A stretch of 38,284 bases of DNA from Fonticula alba ATCC 38817 (Eukaryota > Protista > Nucleariida): assembly GCA_000388065.2 (NCBI GenBank), contig KB932201.1, one strand, 5' to 3'. Shown in pieces: positions 17,938-29,721 of this stretch (the first letter of the stretch is position 1; every line of letters begins with the position of its first letter). A program made the position numbers and the translations under genes. The notes below the pieces were generated by a model, which searched no databases, was not told the DNA's origin, and was given only the letters and a program-made list of their open reading frames with translations.

Positions 17938-19649
17938 ATGCGAGGTGGACGTCGGGCCGGTGGCGGCGGTGGCATGAGTAGCGGCTCGCGCGGCACCACC
18001 AGCTCCAGCTCCAGCTCCGGGTCCTCTTACCGGCGCCGGCAGACTTACTCCTCGGGCGGCAGCTCGTCTTCCTCTTCAGACTCCTGCTGCTGCCCGCCCG
18101 AAGCCTCGCACAATTTGTTCTGCTTTGTGTTTTTTTGCTTTTGCATTACGGACATCTTGTGCGTTGTTGTTTCCTGTTTTGCCGCTCCCCCCCTTGCTCC
18201 CACGTTTCCCATGGGCCCACTGACCGGACCTCCTGATGGCTGGGGCTGTCCCCGGCATCCCCGCATGGGTGGCGGGTCTACCGCGGCGGGGTGCCCAGCC
18301 ACCGGCCCGATTTTGTGCACAGGCACCGGCGAATTTGCGTGGCGGCCTTTTGGATAGGGCTTCTGCTGACCCCGGTGGCCATGTCGGTGTGCCTGTCGAC
18401 GGTGCCGCTGTACACATCGCGGTCTTGGTCTTTCCAGCCGTCCGGCACCTTCAAGACAAGTGTCCATCCCTTCTTCTATGAGGAGGTGAGCCCGCTGTCC
18501 GGGTCGTCGGTCGAGACGTACCTTATCCCGGCGTCCGAGGGCCCGGTGAAGCGGGTCAGCCAGCTGACCGGGGACATGGTTTCCGAAATGAAAAGCCCCT
18601 CATCGCAATACTACCGAGCGATGGAGGTCTACCTGCCGGCCGGGTCGGAATTGGTGTCGGTCCTGTCCGGGGATGTCCCCTGCCCGTTGGATTACATCAT
18701 CATCCGGGGGGACAGTAACTTCGAAGACTGGGCGAGTGGCTACAAGGTGCCGGAGGAATTCCACGGGATCGTGTTGCCGAACCAGCCGCTACTGCACGTG
18801 CTGCTGACCGGCACCTCGGATACCTTCTTCTTCGTGGTGTTCAATGACTCCAACTATCCCTGCCCCAAGCCGCCGCTTTTCATGCAGCTGTCCTTGAATG
18901 CGCCGGCGTATCGGCTGCCGCCGAGCCATCGTCTGACCCGCGGCCAGGCGGCCCCGGTGCCGGCCGACCACCGTGGCAAGGCGTCGATCATCTTTCACAC
19001 CCCGCACGAGCTGAAGTACCACGACGTGCAGGTGAAATACTCCAAGCGGCCGGGGTCTTTGGGGCTGGTGCTCGGCCTGGGCATCAGCCTGCCCTTCGTG
19101 CTGGGGCTGATTGTCATGTTCATCAGCTGGGTGGTGTACCGGGTGGAGGCCCGCCGGAATTGGCGGCACATCGGCGGGCACACCTGGGTCCGTCTGGATG
19201 GAGGCGCCGGCAAGGTGGCCACGGAGCCCCTTTTGGCTGGGGGGAGTGCCCCGATGACGAGCGAGCCATCTGACGACATCAGCTCGGCCTCGAAAGTGGC
19301 CAAGACCCCGAAGCCGGTCTTTCTCGACGGGCCGAGGGCGCCGGCTGAGTCCAGGCGTTTCTCCACCTCCTCGGCGGACCCGATTCCCACATGGGTTTTC
19401 GGCGGGGAGGAAAGTACCTCGGCGTCGGCATCCTCAAGCTCGCTGGCCCTTTCCGAGGCGGGGTACGACAGCGAGCTGACGTCGTCTGTCGTGACGCCCT
19501 TCCGGCCGGCGGACGATCTCCACTTGGCCCATGTGGCACCCTACCAGGCCATGGACAATGTGCCCCTGGAGCAGGTCATGAGGGAGGCCCCGCCGTCGTA
19601 CTCGGCCACGGTGCTGCCCTCGTCCACCGATGGCTGGTCCAAGTACTGA
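17938..19649 (+). CDS. Predicted two-TM membrane protein, 515 aa; exons 17938-18158 and 18323-19649; luminal domain reminiscent of APD1-4 (DUF4792/DUF4793)-type domains; C-terminal PPxY
   Basis: GCCATG start after a CT-rich leader. Phase-2 GTGCGT...CACAG intron (164 nt) joins ORF 17695-18357 to ORF 18291-19649 in frame (...ITDI-L-HRRIC...). Hydrophobic segments ICVAAFWIGLLLTPVAMSVCL and LGLVLGLGISLPFVLGLIVMFISWVVY. PPSY at 19590-19601. The domain name comes from remembered motifs only. Confidence 0.8.
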
Positions 19650-20037
19650 GTGATCGTTGGTTCCTTTTTTTTTCTCCACGTCCAGGCCCCTGCTCTTAAT
19701 TTACTTGTCTTCCGACGGTTATGGGGGCCTACCCTGGCGGCACCCGTGTACTGTGGGCTGGTGGCGGGGGTGCCTCGTGGCTGCCCTTGGACGGAGGCCC
19801 GGCCATGGTGTCCATGGGTCTGGGCGGCCGGCGGCAAGGGCCAGGCATGTATGGGGGTATCTGTCGATGGGTTGGTGGGGCGGTGATCATGGCAGATGAC
19901 CACCCTCTGGGTCCTCGCCGCCGGGCGGCCCTGGGCTCGGCAAAGCTCCCGGGCCATGGTTGAGGAGGCTATACAAGGGCTTGGGAGCAGCCTGGGGATC
20001 TTTCCGTCAGGGGTGCCTGGACGTGTATTTTGTGTTT

Positions 20038-20275
20038 GCGCGCGCGCGCGTGTGTGTATGCATGTATGTTTGTATGTGCGTGCGTGTGTGTGTGCATGTT
20101 TGTATGTGTGTCTGTATGTGTATGCATGTTTGTATGTGTGTGTCTGTGTGTATGCATGTATGCATGTATGTATGTATGTGTGTCTGTGTGTGTATGCATG
20201 TTTGTATGTGTGTGTGTGTGTGTATGCATGTTTGTATGTGTGTGTGTGTGTGTATGCATGTTTGTATGTGCGTGT
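20038..20275. repeat. Compound (TG)/(TGTA)/(TGCA) microsatellite with a higher-order ~30-nt unit
   Basis: Repeated TGTGTATGCATGTTTGTATGTGTG... blocks. Confidence 0.95.
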
Positions 20276-20324
20276 CGAAAGGGGGTCCTCAAGGATGCGG
20301 CGCATGGAGCACCGAAACGGAGAG

Positions 20325-20377
20325 GGCACACCTCTCGCCAGTGGCTCGGACCCCGAACCACTGGCGAGAGGTGTGCC
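20325..20377. repeat. Perfect 20-bp inverted repeat (hairpin) with 13-nt spacer
   Basis: GGCACACCTCTCGCCAGTGG (20325-20344) is the exact reverse complement of CCACTGGCGAGAGGTGTGCC (20358-20377). The spacer adds a TCGG/CCGA stem. Confidence 0.95.
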
Positions 20378-23097
20378 TTACTCGAGGGAGGGAGGCGGGC
20401 TTGCGAGATTCGTGATGGCAATAGCACCGACGGGCATCCCGAGCAGGCCGATCCAAAAGCCGAGGGCGACCGGCACAATGGAGGGAGCTCGAGGGGATTG
20501 AGTGGCCGCTGGCAGGACATGCCCCGAGACAGCATGCTCTGGGGGACCGCCTTCGGGAGCGGCTCGGGAGCTCTTGCATGTCGCACTTGCCAGGCCGTCG
20601 AGGGTCTTCCGGGTAGGGGGGTGTTCGGCCCCGGCCATGGTGGCCCAGCTTTGGGGCCATGCCCATCTCACGGGAGGGGATGCCCTCCGCACTGGGATAA
20701 GGAGGCCCCGGTCGCGAGCAAGCCGGCTGGCGGGCAGAGGGAACCACCGCTCCCAGGCAGGCGCCTCGAGGCGGATAGAGGGGTGGTGGTTCGGCCACTG
20801 GCGCCGGTGCCCGGGGCGGGGGCGGGCTTTTGACCGGGTGGCATGCTGGGAGGGCTGCTGCATCGATGAGACCCGCCAGGACCCCGGGTGAAGAGAGAGA
20901 GAGAGCAAGCTCGGCACGAATGAGGCTCCGCCAGACGAAGAAAACAAGAGGCACCTCGGCTGGACGCAGGGAGGTCCCGTGGCCGGGAGGGTTCCAAGCC
21001 GGTGGCGGGAGCTCCCGAGGGGAGGGGGGCCTGGGCTCACCGTCCGGGCAATGCCGGGAACAATGGCCGATGTTCGGAACATTACCAGACCCACATTCTT
21101 GCGGCCACGAAGGTGCTGGCGACCGGTGCCGATTGCGGCGCCAGATCATCCACGAGGCGCGGATGGCCCGGGGATGTAGGCACGGCGGGAGCCATGGTCT
21201 TGGAAAAACGCCACTGCTCGCCGAGCGGAGGAGATCAGTCGGACGGGAAGCTCCGTGGGCCGTTGGTCCCGCAGTCCGACCATGCAGGGACCGGGATGCC
21301 CAAGGGCCGAATGATGGCCACCCGTAAGGGCGAATGGCCAGCATGGGCGAGCCCCCGGCGAGGGAGGATCCGCTATCCGAGCAAAGGGCGGATGCTGACC
21401 TGGCGGCGCCATTCCACGGCACGGAAGACACTTCCAAGCATCCCGAGAGCAGGTAGCGAGGGAGGCGGCGAGGGTGGAGGATGTGCGGCGGAGTGGCTGA
21501 GGATCTACTCGGGGAGGGGGGGCCCCCCTTCGAAAGCCACACATCCACCCGGGGCCGGCAGGGGGGAGCGCGCGGGCACACCAAGGAACCGACGCGGCGC
21601 CGCCTTCCGAGTCCATAGGGACACGTGCCTTTGATGGTCAGACGACTTGACTGGGCAGCATTCGCAATTCGGCCATATGAGCTGCGCCTTGGGTTGTAAG
21701 CCGCACTGGCCCCGCTGTTCGGCCGGCCGGCCGGCCGGCGAGCCGTTCCGATTTATGTCGCATGGTGGGAGGGACGCCGGGCAGGATGGCAGCCTGGAGG
21801 CTGGTGGGAGTGAGTCCTACCAGGGACCCAGATAAAGCCACACACGCGAGTGGGCCCGCCCGTCGGGGAGATGCTCCATTATGCGCCCCGGCCGAGCGGT
21901 CAGGGCGGAGGCCGGGCTCGCATCCGGAGGCCTCCCCCGGACGAAGACCATGGCGGCAGAGCGCCGAGAGGCGTATGCGGCAGTATTGTCGAAGGGCCCG
22001 CCGGACCCGGCGACCGCCTGATTTTTGGCACCCTCTCGAAGCTGGGCTTTTCGAAGGCCGAAGTGGTGGGGCCATTTACCCGGACACTTGGCCCCCTTCA
22101 TGCCAAGGGGAGCCACCCTTCCTCGGGGCAGTGACCCCCGGGAGCAGCACGCTTGCCTCATGGATCGAGGGATGTGGCGACAACGGCCGTGGATCTCTTC
22201 GCATCGGGGCGGGGCGTCCTGGTGCCGGAGGGTGGATGGGATGCAAGCTCGCTCGGGCAGTGCGCCCGAGCTGGGGATGAAGGGCTGCTGCGCCGGCCAT
22301 CCTCGGGCTGCGGTTACTCGGAGAGGCCGCCACTGGCCACAAGCGCCCCCTGGGGCGGGGAAAAATGCTCCTGTATCGGGCGACCGGGCTCGGGCTTCAA
22401 AGGGGGCCGGTCGGCCCTGGGGTAGACCATGCCGGGGCCGGACGTGTGGCGATGCTCACAGCTGCCGCCGGTCGACCCCACACACATGGCGTCCGGAGTC
22501 CACGGCCACACCTGGCCACCTCACCGGGACAGTCCCACCCCTTCGGGGTCGATGCCGATGCCGATGCCGGTGGCAGGCATATCCGCAGCCCCGGCCCCAG
22601 GGAGAGGCGGGACCCTTGGTCGGCCGGGTGGCACGACGCTCGGCCGGGCCAGAGCCCACATCGGGGGGCCTCTGGTTTCTGTTCCCTCCCCCCCCCCCCC
22701 CCGGCGGGGGGACCACCCACCGACTGGATCACTCGCGCCCCGTCCTCGCCCCATGATCCCACACCATGGATCTGTGTATGAGTGTCGCCGGTCGGTGGGG
22801 GAAGGAGACAGAGAGGCGGCGCGGGGTGCCGAGCACCTTCGAGTGGGGTGTGTATTAGGACAGGTGCTTTGCCCGGGGGGCGCATCTGCCCGGACACGCG
22901 GGCCCCCCCCTCCCCAGGCCCTCCGGGGCATCCACCCCCCGAAGAAGGGCCCCGTCCGTGGCTAAGAGGCGACCGGGAGGCCGGCTGCCTGCTTGGCACC
23001 AGGGAGGGAGCCCTGCAACGGGAGGGCGGGGAGACATTCCGCCGGGGAGGCCGCATGTCGCCCTCGGTCCCCGGCGGCCGCCGTGGCCCGGGCCGGG

Positions 23098-25344
23098 TCA
23101 TTCGTCGGGGGTGCTGCTGGGGGACGGCGGGCAGGCAAGGCCATCGGCGCTGAGGGTGTGGCCCGGGGCGCAGGCCACACACTGGACGGTGCGCTGGGCC
23201 GGGTCGTGGGGGTGGCGCACGAAGCAGCTGAGGCAATGGGCCGGGCAGGGGACGGCATAGCGGGCCTTTTGGGTCTGGTAGAAGAGCCCCCAGCCGGGCT
23301 GGGTGAGGGCGTCGGCGGTGCACCGGGCGGGCGGGGCCACATCGAAGGAGCCCGGGTGGAGTTCCTTGACGCGCGGGATGCTGAGGGGGCTGGCGGTGCA
23401 CTGGAGGCAGCCGACGCCGAGGCCGGTGCTGCAGGTGCCGCACCCGCCGCCGCAGGGGAGACACTGCTTGGAGTGCTTGTAGTAGCCCTCCGGGCAGGTG
23501 GCGAAGCACTGGGTGCCCTGGACCAGGGCGTGGCCGAACTTGCAGGCGGTGCAATTGGTGTTGCTGGTGCAGGTGGCGCAGTTGGGGTCGCGGCAGGGCT
23601 GGCAGCGGCGGTTGTTGTCGAGGAAGAAGCCCTCCGGGCACTGGGCCGCGCAGTACACGCGGGCCCCCTTCTCCCGGGGCATGACCTGGTACATGCCGGA
23701 CTTGCAGGAGGTGCAGTTGTTGGTGTAGAGGGTGCAGGTGTCGCAGTTTTCGTGGCACGGCCGGCAGCCCTGCTCCGCGGGCGGCAGGTCGAAGTCCCAA
23801 GTGGCGCGCGAGCCGCAGGGGGAGTAGCAGTCGTCGACCTCCAGGCGGTAGGAGGGGAAGCAGCGGTAACAGGAGAAGCCATCGTCGCAGAGGGCGCAGC
23901 CGGCCACGCAGGGCATGCACACGCCCTTGTTGTGGAAGAAGGTGGCCGGGCAGGTGTGCAGGCAGTTGTTGTCGTGCAGGTTGAAGGCGGAGCTCTTGCA
24001 GGCCAGGCAGATGCCGGGGTCTTCGCTGGCGCACTGGGCACACTTGGGGTCGGTGCAGGGGGTGCACCGGCCGGCCGGCGAGTCGCGGGCCGTGCCCAGT
24101 GGGCAGGTGTCGCCGCAGGTGCCATCCGGCCGGGCGAAGAAGCCCCGCATGCAGGCCAGGCAGATGGCCGGGTCGGTGGGGTCGCACTGGCGGCAATTGG
24201 GCCGGCAGGGCAGGCAGGCCCCGGCGTCGGTTTGGACCGTGGTGGCCGGGCAGGTGACCGGGGCGTCGGGGTCGCCGTTGGCCCGGTAGGGCCGGGTGCA
24301 GGCGCCCACCGGGACCGGGCCCTGGGGGAAGGTCTTGGAGCTGTGGGCCAGGAGCAGGCGGCCGGCCGGGCAGCGGGTGCAGTCCTTCGGGCCGGGGCCG
24401 GCGCACTCGTCGCACGAGGCGTGGCACTCGAAGCAGATGCCGGGGCGGCTGCACTTCAGGAGGTGCGCGTGCTCCGGCCGGCCGGGGGTGTCGTCGGTGC
24501 TGGGGACCTCCGGCCGGGCCATGGGCCAGGCATCGCAGTCGAAGGTGTCCGGGACCAGGTGCCGCGGGATGCAGTGGGCCCCGCAGCGGACATTGCCCGG
24601 GGTGGGGCAGTCGCTGACGCAGCCCCGGTCGAGGGTCAGCCAGTGGCCCGGGGCGCACTGGGCGCAATCTTCATTCAGGTGGGGGTGGGCCATGGCCAGG
24701 CAGCCGGGCAGCTCCAGGGGGCCCGGCCGGCAGAGGCCCTGGCCGGCGGCCTGGAACCGGCAGACCGCGCACTGGTTGTGGTTGCCGGGCACGACGTTCC
24801 AGCAATCGGCCGGGCCGATTTGCACGAGGCCCGTGCTGGACACCGCCTTGTCGGGCAGCTCGCTGTCCAGGTAGGCGTATCCGTCGACCAGGCGGAATTC
24901 GTGGCTGTACTGCAGGCACCGCAGGTCGCCGGCTTCGTAGCGGGCCTGAAGGCAGCGCCGCAGGCCGGGGAAGCAGTAGCCCCCGTTGCGGGCCTCGCCT
25001 ATGTCCGGGCCGGGCGGGGGGGGGGGGGGGGGGNNNNNNNNNNNNNNNNNNNNNNNNNNNNNNNNNNNNNNNNNNNNNNNNNNNNNNNNNNNNNNNNNNN
25101 NNNNNNNNNNNNNNNNNNNNNNNNNNNNNNNNNNNNNNNNNNNNNNNNNNNNNNNNNNNNNNNNNNNNNNNNNNNNNNNNNNGGGGGGGCCGTGCGTCGG
25201 TCCCGTACCGGGGCCATTGCAGTTGGCGCTGATGGGCCGGGGGGGCTGCTGTGCGCGCGCGAGGCCCAGAATAACCGAGGCGGCGAGGAGTAGAAGGCCC
25301 GGGAGGAGGCGCCAGCCCGGGCGCCGGCGCTCGAGAGGGGGCAT
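23098..25344 (-). CDS. Secreted Cys-rich protein with tandem furin-like (CxxCxxC) repeats, ~750 aa; spans an N gap
   Basis: N-terminal signal-like LLPGLLLLAASVILGLARA. Many repeats such as CHASCDECAGPGPKDCTRC, CRPNCRQCDPTDPAICLAC and CHENCDTCTLYTNNCTSC. Strong GC3 bias. No C-terminal TM segment. Frame continuity across the gap at 25034-25182 (Pro-rich flanks) is assumed. Confidence 0.88.
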   Translation of the reverse strand: MPPLERRRPGWRLLPGLLLLAASVILGLARAQQPPRPISANCNGPGTGPTHGPPXXXXXXXXXXXXXXXXXXXXXXXXXXXXXXXXXXXXXXXXXXXXXXXXXXPPPPPPPGPDIGEARNGGYCFPGLRRCLQARYEAGDLRCLQYSHEFRLVDGYAYLDSELPDKAVSSTGLVQIGPADCWNVVPGNHNQCAVCRFQAAGQGLCRPGPLELPGCLAMAHPHLNEDCAQCAPGHWLTLDRGCVSDCPTPGNVRCGAHCIPRHLVPDTFDCDAWPMARPEVPSTDDTPGRPEHAHLLKCSRPGICFECHASCDECAGPGPKDCTRCPAGRLLLAHSSKTFPQGPVPVGACTRPYRANGDPDAPVTCPATTVQTDAGACLPCRPNCRQCDPTDPAICLACMRGFFARPDGTCGDTCPLGTARDSPAGRCTPCTDPKCAQCASEDPGICLACKSSAFNLHDNNCLHTCPATFFHNKGVCMPCVAGCALCDDGFSCYRCFPSYRLEVDDCYSPCGSRATWDFDLPPAEQGCRPCHENCDTCTLYTNNCTSCKSGMYQVMPREKGARVYCAAQCPEGFFLDNNRRCQPCRDPNCATCTSNTNCTACKFGHALVQGTQCFATCPEGYYKHSKQCLPCGGGCGTCSTGLGVGCLQCTASPLSIPRVKELHPGSFDVAPPARCTADALTQPGWGLFYQTQKARYAVPCPAHCLSCFVRHPHDPAQRTVQCVACAPGHTLSADGLACPPSPSSTPDE
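25034..25182. other. Assembly gap (149 N) flanked by poly-G, inside the Cys-rich CDS
   Basis: N run. Confidence 0.99.
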
Positions 25345-26665
25345 GTGCTTGGTGAGGGTTGAGAGGGGGGCGCTTTACTTTTGGCCGAGGGGGCTGGGAG
25401 GGGGGGGGAGGAGCAGGGCGAGGCGGGTGGGGATAGAAAGGCGGGTTGGTGACATATGGCCCAGGCCAGCACGTCAACAAGTGAGGGGAGGGGCACTTAT
25501 ATGGCGGCGGCAAGCGGGAGCCAGGGCGGCGCGGTTGTGAGTGTGGGCTGGGACCGTGTGCAGCCGGGAGGAGGGGCAGCGCGTGGCGGGTGTGCGTCGG
25601 GGTCGGGCCGTTGGCGGGAGGGTGCGGCGCGTCCGGGGCGCGCTTGGCACGAGGCCGGGCCCCCTGGGGAGCGGGCCCCCGGCGCGGACGGCCCGAGCAT
25701 GCGGCGGGAGGGGTCGTCGAACCGGGAACACGGCCAGGAAGGAGGGGCGTGCGGAACAAGTGCAACGGGGGCAGGCCGCCGACCGAATGGTACGGCGCGT
25801 GTGTGTGTGTGTGTGCGCGCGCCAGTGGGGGACATGCGCCGGGGAGCGGAGGAGCCAGGCCCAAAGCAAGGGACAGCCTCGCGCGCGGGTGCGCCTCTCA
25901 CGCCCGCCCGGGCCCCTTTGCCCCGGGGCACCTCCCAACACCTCGGGCACCGGCGGCCATCTTCCCGGCATCGTGCGAGACGAGGGTGCATGCAAGAAGC
26001 AGCGGGGAGACGGGTCTCGGTGACAGGGGTGCGTCACCAGGTGCGATCCAGGGCCCTCGGTCACCAGGGCCCATGGGCGACGTTTGGATAGGGGCCGCCA
26101 GCACCTGGCCGACCTCCAGCCCCCGCGCCCCCCAGGGCGTGGCGGGGGGCGGGGCAGGGCCGGATGCGCCGGGTGCTTTGTGATTGCGCACCGACCGGCG
26201 AGAGGCCGGGCGCGGGCGAGAGGCACGGAGCGTCCGGGAGACCTGGTGGAATCCCCCTTCGGGCTGGTCCCCCGCGTCCCAGGCACGCGCCGCCCACGAC
26301 AGAGGGGGCGAGCCGGCCCAACAGGGGGGCCACTGTCACCCGATTGGTGGCCGTGATCTGGAATATCAGAACATATATTGTTGGCAGGTCGCCCTTTTAT
26401 GGCGTGCCCATCGCGTGCCCCATGCGCCCGGGGGGCGCCTCCATTCGATCCCCCCCTTGGACATTCCCCGCGGCGCTGGCGGCTGGCCGGCCGCGCAAAA
26501 GGGCAGCCTGGCCCAGTCCCGGGAGGGGGGGTGCTGGCTTGTTGTCCCGGGTGCGCTTGGAACGGGGCAGGGGCCACGTTGGCATGTATCGTGCGCCCCA
26601 TCGGGGGGCGTGAGTGCGGTACGCTCGGGCGCATCCTGGCAACTGTTGCGAGGGGCCCCCGAGGC

Positions 26666-26693
26666 GGGGGGGGGGGGGGGGGGGGGGGGGGGG
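26666..26693. repeat. Poly-G tract (~28 nt), the longest of many in the window
   Basis: Direct reading. Confidence 0.95.
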
Positions 26694-29600
26694 TTGGGCC
26701 CTGTGCTGAGCGTTCGAGTCTCATGGTGGAGTCCTTCCTGCGCGTGGGTGCCCCGCCCTCCCCGGCCACCCCAGCGCCACTGGTGCCCGCAGGCACGCCC
26801 CTGTGAAGTAGGACGGGTGACCCCATTCCGGCGGGGGGTGGCCGAGGAGTGCGAGGGGCCGGCGGCGGTCCGGGCTGATGGAGCGCCAGGGGAGCATGCA
26901 TCAGTCTCGGCAGGTAGCGAACGCCCAATGGCCATGGTTGGGCAGTGGGCAAAGCCGGGCGCGCGCGGGGCCAAGTGCCGGACGACGGGACATGCGTGCC
27001 GGTCCGGCTGTTGACCCGGCGGCTGAGCGGCACAATAGGATGCCAAGAATCGGTAGGTGGAACAGGAAGGGGGAGTGTGTCCTCCGGGATCCGGGACACC
27101 TCCCCGGCCGTGGCAGGGACCCCCGAATCGGAGGGCCCTTCCGCCGCGCAAGTGCTGGGCGACACCAGGGGCCAGACGCGCCACGCATCCAATGGCCCTG
27201 CAATCCGTCCCTGAGGCCGGGAGATGGCGGTGGGCCAGAATGAAGCATGTGGACCCGGCCGGCTCGGGCCACCCGCAGCAGGTGGGCGAGTGGCCAGCCA
27301 CCCCGGCCGGGGGCTTCTTTGTGGGTTTGCTCGCGCCCTTGTCGGCGACATGCGAATCGAGCGGCCTCTTGGCTGCCCCGCGGCAGGGTAACGGTGGCCC
27401 TCGTCGCATGGCCGGAAAGTCGGGCGGTATTTTCCTCGGTGTGTGCCGAGAGGCACCCTCGTCGTTGAGCCGTACGAGGAGGGGCCGCGGCCGGCGAGAG
27501 CATGCTCGACGGAGATGCTGACCATGGTCGACGGGGCATCCAAGCTGAGATCAACGCGGCGGCGCTCGCTCAGGCCACAAAACGAGGAGCCCACGAAGGC
27601 CAAGGGGTCCGAAGGAGGTATCCCCAAAGGGGAGCCTCTGCTGCATGTGCACTTCCCCTCCGGAGGGCCCTCACCGCCGGGGGACCCATGCCCGGAGAGT
27701 GCCGCATTTGAAGGCTCAAGACGGCCGAGGGCGAGTCGGCGTCTTGAATGCCGGAGCACCGCCGCCCATGTGGCGCCCGCTGCCATGGTGGCTGTGTCGA
27801 TGCATGGGACGCAGGGGACAGCGCCGGCCCAGTCACTGGGCACACTGAAAAACCGAGCCTGACGTATGGCATCTTCGTTCGGCGGAACCGCAACCGGCAT
27901 CCGCGGGCAAGGAAATGGGCCAACCCAGTGGACATGTCGGCCCTGGGCGGGGGGGGGGGGCATCCAGCCGAAGCGTGCTCCGGCTACCGAGCGCGTTGAC
28001 GTCTCGCCCGTCGAGAGGCCTAGCGGGGCGGCAGTCGATACGGGACCTGGCACCCGGTCGCCGCCGGGGGCAGGAGGTGACACGTTATTCGGCAGCCCCG
28101 TCGAGGGGGGGGAGGGCCTCGCCCGAAGGCCGGTCGCAGTGGGGCCTCCACTACGGCCACGGCCACCTGTTCTTGGCGATGTCGGAATTGCATGTGGGTC
28201 GCTGCCTGACGGCCGGATGATCCTGGCCTCACATCTCCTTCTGGGGTGGCTTCTTTCTGGCATATCCGAGTGTGCGAATGCCCCGGGAGCATGGGGCCCG
28301 GAGAGAGTCTGTGCGTGGGTCAGGCTCCATGCGCTGCAGGGCGCGGAGACAGCTTGGCAGTGGATTGGTACTTTCGCCGGCTGGGCCGGGGCAGCCGACG
28401 GCAAGGGCCATTGCCGAAGGGTCGGACTGATGTCTCGGCCTATGTACTCGCCGTGTGCCAGGGGTCGCCGCGCGGCATCATGGCAGGCCCTCGGCATCCA
28501 TGCTCCCGGGCGACGTCAAGGGCACTTCGCTGCCTGCGCTTGTCAATTCGCAAAGGTGGTGCACAAACGTCGGGGACAGCTCGATGCCCGCACCCGACCC
28601 CAGAGGGGCCGGGATTCGCCGGAAGACGGCAAGAGCGAGCAGGACCGAAACGAATCCCTGGTCAAATCGCCCGCTGGATGGGAGGGCGATGCGCACGCGG
28701 CCAAGAGAGGGAAGGCCGAGGGAAAGTGATGAGGGACATCCGAGGGATGTCCGGTGACAATAATGTGACCCCGGTAGAAGGGGGCCTCTCCGTGGGCGAC
28801 ATCAGACTTGGCTCACGGGGACGGAGAATAAGCACTCTAAACATTACCCTTCAAAAGGACACCGATCAATAAAAAAAAACTCGATAACCACAGTCCGAGA
28901 GCTGTGCGAGGAAAAAAAAACATGCGATCTCGGCACACGGTGCACCACCTCCCCCAGGCGAGGGAATCCAACCAAGGCCCGCATGTGCGGCCCGCTGTGC
29001 TACGGGGACAAAAACCCCATCTGGCCCGGGCGCCAGTCTGAGGGGGTGTGCGGGGTTGGTGCGCCGAGGCCGAAGGCTTTCTTTGCCTCGTACCTGTCGG
29101 CGGCCCTCTGCCGGCCGGTGGTCTTCGGTTTCTCGGTTGCCACACGGCCCGAGCAGCACGGACACGGGTCCCTCGATGGAGCATGCGCCGCTGGGAGTGC
29201 GCATCGTGCAAGGGGGCACGGCCGTCGACCCGCCGGGCTGCTTGCCATCACCCAGGCGGCGACCCGGCAGTCGGGACTCCTCCTGGCTCTGACGGGAATC
29301 TTTCTCTGGAACCCGGCACAGGTGCGCCAAGGGCGAGGCGTCTCGGAGCTGGGGCGGGCCAAGGACGCGACCGCCGGTCGCACCGGGGGAGACCCATGGA
29401 CACGGCGTCCGGGGGGGGTCTCGCAGGCCGCGGTGCACCGAGTCGGCCAGAGGGCCGGATAGGCCGCGGGAGCTCGGGGCGCCGTGCGCGGTGCGGCGGG
29501 CGCCTGGGGCGGGTGGCCGGCCGATGTACACATCTCACTCGACAGGGTCGGCATGTGCGCACTGTGCGTGCGGGGTCTCGCCCGGCCGGTGGCTTTCCCT

Positions 29601-29721
29601 TTTCTTGTGCGCGGCATCCGGCTGTGAGCGGCCATGTGCTGTTGGCCGGGAAGGGAGAAGACAGGCTCTCCAGCAGGCCGGTGGCCGGTTGGTCCCTCGC
29701 GTGGATCCCCATTGTTCCCTC

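Noticed and set aside
19896-20833. Cys/Val/Met- or His/Thr-rich ORFs
   Set aside because: Translations of the TG/CA microsatellite.
22397-25293. ORFs 22397-24667(-), 22962-24125(-) and 22993-25293(+)
   Set aside because: Alternative-frame and antisense shadows of the Cys-repeat gene.
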